DNA of 64,000 nt, taken from Octopus vulgaris. Lineage: Eukaryota. A program made the translations under genes and the position numbers. The notes below the pieces were generated by a model, which searched no databases, was not told the origin of the DNA, and saw only the letters and a list, made by a program, of their open reading frames with translations. Positions 56,139 to 64,000 of this stretch are shown here, piece by piece. Location of the stretch: NCBI GenBank assembly GCA_951406725.2, contig OX597818.1, forward strand, positions 76,012,001 to 76,076,000. The letters run 5' to 3'. Position 1 is the stretch's first letter. The number at the start of each line of letters is the position of its first letter.

Positions 56139-57623
56139 GGAGCTAGATCAATTTCGTCGTCGGTAAATTTATCCCCGGTCAATTCGCCGTTGCTCAATTC
56201 ATCCTTAGGTCAATTCGTCGCTGGCCAATTCGTTCCAAAATACTCAGTTTAGAACAATCACTTTGGAATTAAAATTGTCGTTGGACAGTTTTATATATTT
56301 TTTTCCTTTCTTTAACTCCCCTCTCTCTCTTTCTGTCCCTCTCTTCCCCGTCTCACACTTAAGTATCTGCGCTGAACTGTTTACGAACAAAGCTTTTCAA
56401 GCAAATCGAATTAAATTTATTCAATACGCCTACCCATCAACATAACTACCTGCAAAATCATAACTTCAGAGAAAGGAAAAATCAAAGTGGTCGATCAAGA
56501 AAATTATATATACACAAAAAATAAGCAGAATGCAGATGGATTGAACATATACTGGAGGTCCGAAAATCGTGTGTGCAAGGCGGGACTTTATACTGATGAA
56601 AATTATAAAGAGCTTAAGAAGATAGGAATCCATAATCACGCTTCAACTGCTGCGGAGGTAAATGCAAGGATAATAGTTTCAAATATTAAAGTAAAGTCTA
56701 TTTCATCTCGTGAAAGCCCCTCGTTCAGTTATCGCTAGTGAAGTTCAGAATTTAAACGACTGTACATTGTAGCAAATACATCCATTTGCACAGCTTAATA
56801 AGGAATATTAGACGTTGGAGGCAAGCTGATTCCAACTATTCTGCCACACCATTTACAAATGTTAGGTCTTCCATTCCAAGTGATTACTCCTACCTTGACA
56901 ATGATGAAATATTTTTATAGTATGACAGCGGGATGGAAAATTCAAAACGAATCCTAGTATTTGCAAGTGACGAAGCATTTCGACAGTTAAAACAGCACAA
57001 GAACTGGGCGGCAGATGGAACATTTAAGTGCTGCTTTAGTGTATTTTATCAGTTAAGGCGACGAGCTGGCAGAAACGTTAGCATACCGGTCGAAATGTTT
57101 AGCGGTATTTCGTCCGTCTTTACGTTCAAATTCCACCAAGGTAGACTTTGCCTTTCATCTCTTTTGGGGTCGATAAATTAAGTACCAGTTACGTACTGGA
57201 GTCGATCTATAATCGACTAGCCCCATCATCCAAAATTTAGGGCTTTGTGCCTAGAGTAGAAAAGTATATTTTTCAGTTATATATACTTAACATTCAATTT
57301 GATAATTTTAAATCCCGCGATTGTTCGCATTGCTCTCTGACAAAAGTCTTCCAACAGTTTATGCGAGGAAAAGAACCAAACCAAAAAAAAAAAAAAAAAA
57401 ATACAGAGATATGTGCCTGGGTATAAAAAATGACATGGAAAAATATGATCCAAGCCAAAAATTTATTTTCGTAAAAGCAATTGCGCACAATCTTAGATTT
57501 TTAGAAAAAATAATTATGTAATACAGCAAACCTTACAATAAAGGTTTATTCAAAATTCAGATATTCGTTCTTCCATTTTTCCTATGATCTCGACGAATTG
57601 ACTGACACCGAATTGACCGGACA

Positions 57624-57625
<2 letters not shown>
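56139..57625 (+). mobile_element. MULE (Mutator-like) DNA transposon remnant with FLYWCH-like and DDE fragments
   Basis: Subterminal GTCAATTCG repeats at both ends (right end CGAATTGACCGGACACC); YIY..YWRS..CKA..HNH; RILVFASD..WAADGTFK..FYQL; LFALLSDKS. Confidence 0.8.
57056..57264 (+). mobile_element. SINE family B inserted in the MULE transposase, with TSD
   Basis: Flanked by TATTTTATCAGTTA (57042-57055) and TATTTTTCAGTTA (57267-57279). Confidence 0.85.
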
Positions 57626-57664
<39 letters not shown>

Positions 57665-57668
<4 letters not shown>

Positions 57669-58055
57669 CTTCTTCAATGTTCTCAGCATCTATTTCAGAA
57701 GTAGACAAAGATTGAAATGTGTTATAGACCTCAATAGTAAATTGTTTGGACATATCGGGGTTAGATAAGACTTCCAGTCGATCGTTTTCATCGGGTGAGG
57801 CTTAGCTTTTTTGGATGAGCGAAGACTAAGCTTAACGGTAGCTGATACAATTCTGTGGTCAGGGCCGACAGAACTAAAGGAAGAGTAGGATCTCGAGTTT
57901 TTAACACTATTGCACCACTTCTTTCGAAAGATGAGGTAGTCAATTTGACCTTTTGGTTTCATAAAAGAATTGTTGGAGGTGTAGAGATTAAATTCCTCCA
58001 AGAAGTCTTTGAGCATTTCTCCGTTCCGATTAGTTTTAGAGTTGAAAGTAAAGAG
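57665..58055 (-). mobile_element. Inverted 5' segment (APE C-terminus and linker) of the adjacent RTE
   Basis: Minus strand TNRNGEMLKDFLEEFNL..QIDYLI..DHRIVSATVKLSL..IDAENIEEVY. Confidence 0.85.
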
Positions 58056-60020
58056 TTGAAGAAGTATACAGCAGCCTCATCAAATCAACAGAGGAAGTTG
58101 CACTGGCTACTCTTCCCGAAAAGAAGAGTAGGGGCCAGAAACCATCTAAAGCCTATATCACTAGCTTACCACCGTTCTCCATCCCAGTCACTGAAGATCC
58201 AACTCATAGCTGCCAAGAAGAATCTTGATGAGGCTTACTTGAACGCCGAGGTCGACTTTATCAATGGCAAAATTAGTAAACTATCCAAAGAGCATATTAG
58301 TAAAAAACACCATCTTGCCTGGAAATCCATCAAAGACCTATCAGACAAAAATTCTGGGTCATCAATTAGAATTAAAGGGGGATCAGCTAAGAAGCGTTTA
58401 GAAAATTGGTCAACCCATTTTAAAAACCTCCTTGGGAAGAATGCCCAAACCCCTGATAACCCCACTCTTCCAAGTGTGCCTATATCAGACACGCTGGACA
58501 TCAACACCTCCCCTTTTACCATATTTGAACTAACAGCAGCCACCAAGCAACTAAAAGCCTCGAAAGCATTTGGTCCCGACAACATCCCAGCTATAATTTG
58601 GAAGGATGATAGCTTTCACACAATTTTGCTCAACCTCTGCAACCACACACTTTCCACCTTTGTCGCTCCAAAGATTTGGTACCAATCTCAAATCATCCCA
58701 ATACCCCAAAAAGGCGATTTATCCCTCGTCACCAACTACAGGGGTATATCTCTAATATCAATTGCTGCAAAACTGTACAACAAACTGATCCTAAATCGTC
58801 TTGTCCTTTTTGTTGAACCTTTGCTCCAAAAGAACCAAAATGGATTCAGACATGGGCGCTCAACGCTGAGTCAGATACTATGCCTACGCAGACTTATTGA
58901 AGAATCAAAAGCATTTAATCGCGATCTTGCAATGGTATTTGTAGACTTTTCTAAAGCGTTCGATTCTGTAGATAGGTACAAGATGTTTGAAATCCTTAAG
59001 CTCTATGAGATACCAGACAAAATCATTTCTGCCATCAAGGTCCTCTACACACATACGTCTTCAACCATCTTAACCCCTGACGGAGAAACATCATCTTTCT
59101 CAATCAAAGCCGGAATACTGCAGGGAGACACACTCGCCCCATTTCTTTTCATCATTGTTGTTGATTATGTGCTACGTATGTCAGTTGATACCATCTCTGG
59201 CAAGGGCTTTGAAATAAAACCAAGAAGAAGTTCCAGACACCCAGCTGAGTACTTGACAGACACTGACTTTGCTGACGACATCGCTCTTATCAGTGATTCT
59301 CTCTCCAATGCCCAGTCTCTTTTACAATCTCTTGAACAAGCCTCAAATTGTGTAGGTCTTTACCTCAATGAGGCCAAAACTGAATACATAAACAAGTGCC
59401 TGTCCAACAGTGATTGCATCATCCATACTCTCAACAATGCGCCCTTAAATATGGTTTCTGATTACAAATATCTTGGATCATACATATCATCATCTGGAAA
59501 AGACTTTCTAACTAGAAAGGGTATGGCCTGGTCAGCCTGTAATGACATGCATAAGATCTGGTCATCAAATCTAAGTAGAGACTTCAAACTTGAAATCTTC
59601 AAAGCCACAGTCGAACCAATTCTACTATATGGCTCAGAAACCTGGACGTTATCAAAGAAGCTTGAGAGGCGGTTGGATGGAACCTACACTCGCCTCCTTA
59701 TGAGAGCTCAAAATCTCTCGTGGAAGCGCCATCCAACCAAAATGCAAATATATGGGAAACTACCACCTGTGTCATCTCTTGTGAAAGGTAGGAGAGCCCA
59801 GTTTGCTGGACATTGTTGTAGAGCTGAAAAAGAAGTAATTTCTACTCTTCTCCTCTGGAAGCCATCTACTCGCAATACTAGAGGGCGCACACTCTCCTAC
59901 CCTGATGTAATCTCCAGGGATACAGGCATCCAGCAACAGGACCTCCGTAATGCCATGATGGACCATGAAGTCTGGCGTAGCATGGTAAATTCCATTGTCT
60001 CGACCACGGTCGAACAATGA
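57855..60020 (+). CDS. RTE-clade reverse transcriptase ORF; genuine frame from ~58134, first ~93 codons are antisense or out-of-frame read-through
   Basis: KAFGPDNIP, NYRGISL, QNGFRHGRST, FVDFSKAFDSV, GILQGDTLAPFLF, DFADDIAL, YKYLGS, LLYGSETW; no stop over about 630 codons; (GAT)n tail into (TA)n. Confidence 0.9.
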   Translation: MVRADRTKGRVGSRVFNTIAPLLSKDEVVNLTFWFHKRIVGGVEIKFLQEVFEHFSVPISFRVESKELKKYTAASSNQQRKLHWLLFPKRRVGARNHLKPISLAYHRSPSQSLKIQLIAAKKNLDEAYLNAEVDFINGKISKLSKEHISKKHHLAWKSIKDLSDKNSGSSIRIKGGSAKKRLENWSTHFKNLLGKNAQTPDNPTLPSVPISDTLDINTSPFTIFELTAATKQLKASKAFGPDNIPAIIWKDDSFHTILLNLCNHTLSTFVAPKIWYQSQIIPIPQKGDLSLVTNYRGISLISIAAKLYNKLILNRLVLFVEPLLQKNQNGFRHGRSTLSQILCLRRLIEESKAFNRDLAMVFVDFSKAFDSVDRYKMFEILKLYEIPDKIISAIKVLYTHTSSTILTPDGETSSFSIKAGILQGDTLAPFLFIIVVDYVLRMSVDTISGKGFEIKPRRSSRHPAEYLTDTDFADDIALISDSLSNAQSLLQSLEQASNCVGLYLNEAKTEYINKCLSNSDCIIHTLNNAPLNMVSDYKYLGSYISSSGKDFLTRKGMAWSACNDMHKIWSSNLSRDFKLEIFKATVEPILLYGSETWTLSKKLERRLDGTYTRLLMRAQNLSWKRHPTKMQIYGKLPPVSSLVKGRRAQFAGHCCRAEKEVISTLLLWKPSTRNTRGRTLSYPDVISRDTGIQQQDLRNAMMDHEVWRSMVNSIVSTTVEQ

Positions 60021-60026
60021 CGATGA

Positions 60027-60105
<79 letters not shown>

Positions 60106-60340
60106 GACAGAGAGAGAGAGAAAGGGGTCAAGAGAGGTAATGGTGTCAATAAGACCCAAAGGTGTCAAGTAATGCTGAGTAAGTGCTATGGACAGACTAT
60201 AGTTAAGCTCCAGGTTCGGTGATTATGCGAATGAGGAGTCCAACGTAGGTCATATATCAACATGTGTATATATAAAAAAAATTTCATAATGAGATAAAAA
60301 TCCAAGGTGTGAAAGATTTTAGAACATTTATAAATAGAAG

Positions 60341-60388
60341 GTCTTACAGCTGTTTCAGGGATATTTTATATATTCCTTCATCGGAGAC
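60341..60388 (-). ncRNA. Type I hammerhead (CCGATGA core)
   Basis: Minus strand GTCT-CCGATGA-AGGAATAT-ATAAA-ATATCCCT-GAAA-CAGCTG-TA-AGAC. Confidence 0.7.
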
Positions 60389-60623
60389 GGTATGAGAAAA
60401 TGGTTAAGCAATAGTTATTTTAGATAAGATATGAAATAGAGAGTGAAGTGGAGGAATGAAAAGAGACGTGAGATATGCAGGGATATTGTATTTGTAGATC
60501 CATTATTTAGGCAGAATGGTATACATTAAGATTCCAGTACGTTGTGAGTAAGTTCCAATAGTATTTAAAATTGGTCATTCGATCATATCTAAAATAACTA
60601 TTGCTTAACCATTTTCTCACACC

Positions 60624-60671
60624 GTCTCCGATGAAAGGATATATGAAATAGCCCGGAAATAGCTGTAAGAC
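60624..60671 (+). ncRNA. Type I hammerhead (CCGATGA core), more decayed sister copy
   Basis: GTCT-CCGATGA-AAGGATAT-ATGAA-ATAGCCCG-GAAA-TAGCTG-TA-AGAC. Confidence 0.6.
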
Positions 60672-60731
60672 CTCTTTATAAATGTTCTAAAATCTTGCAA
60701 AGCCTTGGATTTTTATCTCATTCTGAACATT

Positions 60732-60819
<88 letters not shown>

Positions 60820-60919
60820 TATATATGTGTATGTATGTATGAGTGCATATGCATTTATAAATGTGTGTGTGTGTGTGTGTACCCACACGCATATATACAT
60901 ACAGACACACACACATATA

Positions 60920-62217
60920 CAGGGTGCGGTGAATAGATTGTCGTCTAAATTACGCAAAAGTGAAAATAGCACTGACATTTCATTTTAACAGATATATTTA
61001 CCAAAATCACATAAAAATATCTTGAAATACTAAAGAGTAAATTTATTCAATAAAATCACCATTGGTTTCAACAGCCTCCAGACAACTTTGGAATCTCCTG
61101 CAACTCTTCTGGACGGCCTCCTTGTTTAGGTTGGTGAATGCTGCCATAATCCTTGCCTTCAGTTCATCTTTGGTATTACAAGGAGTTTTTTTGGTCTCTT
61201 TCTCAACTGCGCCCTACACATAATAATTAAAGGGGTTGTACTCTGGGGAGTTAGGTGGCCAGATGTTAGGAGTGATGTGGTCTCAGAAATTGTCTGACAG
61301 CCATGACTGGGTTCTCCTGTTTATGTGGTACGGTGCAGAGTCCTGTTGCTAGACATAGGGTCTTCCAACAGCCACCATCTTCTCTCAGGGCAGAACTACC
61401 TCCTTCAGGCACTTGATGTAGGTCTCCATACTGAGTCTGAGGCCGTGTGGGAAGATGAATGGGGGCATAACATCGCCATTACTAGTGTTCACTCCAAACA
61501 CCATGATGTTGACTGGATGTTTGATTTTTATCACTCTAGGTACATGTTTTGGGGACACGGCAAGCCAACGGTTGTTTTGTGTTCACCATCTGATCCTAGC
61601 AGAAAAATTTCTCATCTGAGAAAAAACAAAGCATGTTCGGTTGGAGGGGATGCTTGTGTTTGTTCAAAAGTTTCGTAGTGCGGTCTTTCCTCTTGTCCTT
61701 GATGGCTTGGCATAAAAATTGGCCCTTGCTCATCTTGTATGAGGAATACCGAATGTCTTCATGCACTACCTGCCTGATAAGAAACTCAGACACACCCATG
61801 CTCCTGGCTATGGATCTGATTGAAGTGGAGGGATCGTGTCAATCATGGCCTGGATCTCACCAACAAATTCAAGAGTTCTTTTCTTATCAGAACTATCAGA
61901 GTGAGTTTTCCGAGGTGCCATACCTTCGTAATCACCATCAGACTCATCCAACTATTTCCAAACCCTCTTTACTGTCCTCAGATTGACACTCAAACACTCT
62001 GAAATGTTCGTATTGGAGCTTCCGACACGAATGCCAGGCAGTACAGCATATCGTTTCCAAATTTCTGGCAGAGATAATTGCGTCAAGGTGTTGAATTTCT
62101 TACAGACGGTGCCCAACTCACCCTACTATATTGTGTGTTAGACAAAATCAAAAACAAACAATGCGCATGCGCGAAATTAAAAATATAAAATGGTGACAAT
62201 TTACCCATCTCACCCTG
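60920..62217 (-). mobile_element. Tc1/mariner DD37D (maT-like) transposon, pseudogenised
   Basis: TA|CAGGGTG ... CACCCTG|TA; minus strand FFSDEKFF and QQDSAPYH...WPPNSPEYNPFN with 37 residues between the second D and the mutated third D; in-frame stops. Confidence 0.85.
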
Positions 62218-62547
62218 TATGTATGTAGATACATACACACAGATTTGTACTCGCACATGTACCTATACACATACATTTACATGTACACACACACACATAT
62301 ATATAAACACATGTACACAGATATACATATAGTTACATACATAATTACATTCATGTATAAATATATGCATACACACACATATAATATCTAAGATTAACTG
62401 TAAAGAAGATATCTGTATAAAAGAGGAAAAAAAAAAGAAAAGAAAAGGAATAAAAGGAAAAATTTGAGCAAATAATTATAATCTGAGAAGAATAGTAAAT
62501 GATGAGGTAAAAGTATCGCAGTTCTGAATAATGATGGTTTATCATTG

Positions 62548-62760
62548 ACTTCAAATTTTAGCACAAGGCCAGCAATTTAGGGGGAGGCTGTGAGTAGATT
62601 ACATTGACCCCAGTACTCAACTTTTATTTTATCGACCCCCGCCCCAAAAGGATGAAAGGTAAAGTTAACCTCGGTGGAATTTGAACTCAGAACATAGAGA
62701 CGGACGAAATGTCGGTAAGCATTTTGTCCGGCGCGGAAACGATTCTGCGAGCTCGCCGCT
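62548..62760 (-). mobile_element. SINE family B
   Basis: GGATGAAAGGTAAAGTTAACCTCGGTGGAATTTGAACTC...GAGCTCGCCGC. Confidence 0.8.
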
Positions 62761-63166
62761 TTATGATTGTTTAATATTGATAATATATATTATCTGACTA
62801 TGAATATATCTATCATAGTAAGTTGTTCACCTTATTGATGACGAATTCTGTAAGTATTTTGTTATCAATAAGAATATTGGTGTTGCCATTTAGAGTTATG
62901 TCTGTTGTGGTGATATTTAAAGTAATAACCCAATAATTAACTGCAGAAGCCAAATTGCCTCTGAGAAATCTTACTAGAATTGCTTAGGATCAAAACGGTA
63001 TCACGTTCAAATTATAGTTACCATAGGTATACATACTTGTATGAAGAGCTTTCATAAACTAAGTATCTTAATGTGGAATGGCTGTCTTTTTCTTTTGTCA
63101 AAATTGTGTATCTCAAGCACTGAGAGTTTGAGCATGCTTAGGTACCTATTCACAGTTTATAAGAAA

Positions 63167-63870
63167 CTAGCAGTATAACCCGGCCTTGCCCGGGATTAAG
63201 TTACGATTGTTAAGCTAATCAAGTTCTTTATTTCAAACCAGACTAAGTAATATCGACTCTCAACAAAACACTCATCGTAAAATAAAAACAAAACTCTTTC
63301 GCACCCAAAGTAATTGTCTTACCCTTTTTTTTTTGTTTAGACGCCGTGAAACTCTCTTCCACTTTTCTTTATCTTATTTTTTTGTTAGACGCCGTCAAAA
63401 AGCTATGGCTGAAAATAAATTTTTATGAACGTCGTCACTTACTCTCTCCCTCTCTCACTTTGTCTTTCCCGTGAAACTCTCTTCCCCTCTTCCACTTTTC
63501 TTTACCTTATTTTTGTTAAACGCCGTCAAAAGGCTATGACTGATATTTTTTATGGCTAAAAGCTATGGCTAAAAATAGAATTTTACCGCTATTAGCGGGT
63601 GTCTCGGGAAAAAATAAGTTGACAAAACCCCAGATATGGTGTTGACGAACGTCCTCCTAAAATTTGAGCGACATGCGTGCTAATTTGTGGATGTACATAA
63701 ACTACAATCACGTACACACACACATCTTGCTTTATATATATACAGACTAGTAGTATAACCCGGCCTTGCCCGGGATTAAGCTACGATTATTAAGCTAATC
63801 AAGTTCTTTATTTCAAACCAAACTAAGTAATATAGACGTCAAATTTGGGCGAAATCCGTTGAAATTAGTT
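63167..63870 (-). mobile_element. Non-autonomous Helitron, head-to-tail tandem (63167-63746 plus partial 63747-~63870)
   Basis: Minus strand 5'-TCTGTATATATATAAAG ... hairpin CCCGG-GCAAGG-CCGGG ... CTAG-3'; exact CTAG|TC junction at 63747/63746. Confidence 0.8.
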
Positions 63871-63908
63871 ATATTATATATATATATTTATGTATTTTTT
63901 TTTACTTT

Positions 63909-63950
<42 letters not shown>

Positions 63951-64000
63951 TATATATATATTATACATATTATATATATGTAATATAATATAAATATATA

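Larger units (their letters stand above)
60270..60735. mobile_element. PLE-like inverted pLTR pair, each arm carrying a hammerhead
   Basis: ~60285-60427 is inverted at ~60587-60725. Confidence 0.75.

Noticed and set aside
57855-58133. Apparently novel N-terminal domain fused to the RT ORF
   Set aside because: Antisense endonuclease sequence plus out-of-frame linker created by the inversion; the start is GTG, not ATG.

Overview
Eukaryotic, AT-rich, repeat-saturated DNA with no recognisable host protein-coding gene. The microsatellite load and the two dominant SINE families point to an octopus or other coleoid cephalopod genome (inference from recalled repeat sequences). Contents: tRNA-derived SINEs; decayed non-LTR retrotransposons (RTE, R4/Dong-like with restriction-like endonuclease, L1/Tx1, CR1); one young RTE with an almost intact RT frame and a twin-priming 5' inversion; an LTR-element remnant; DD37D mariner, MULE, hAT and mariner MITEs; Helitron and Helentron pieces; and an unclassified DNA-transposon family with CGGATC termini and 6-bp TSDs. 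Two signals stand out. (1) About nine intact or decayed type I hammerhead ribozyme motifs sit in Penelope-like (PLE) remnants, most with palindromic stem III and several with a CCGAYGA core variant. (2) Upstream of one of these hammerheads are two A-depleted, G-rich islands that read like AC-rich sequence with A changed to G, a candidate genomic fossil of an ADAR-hyperedited RNA that was reverse-transcribed and reinserted. Most ORFs in the supplied track are microsatellite artefacts or transposon fragments. All coordinates and alignments were read by eye.
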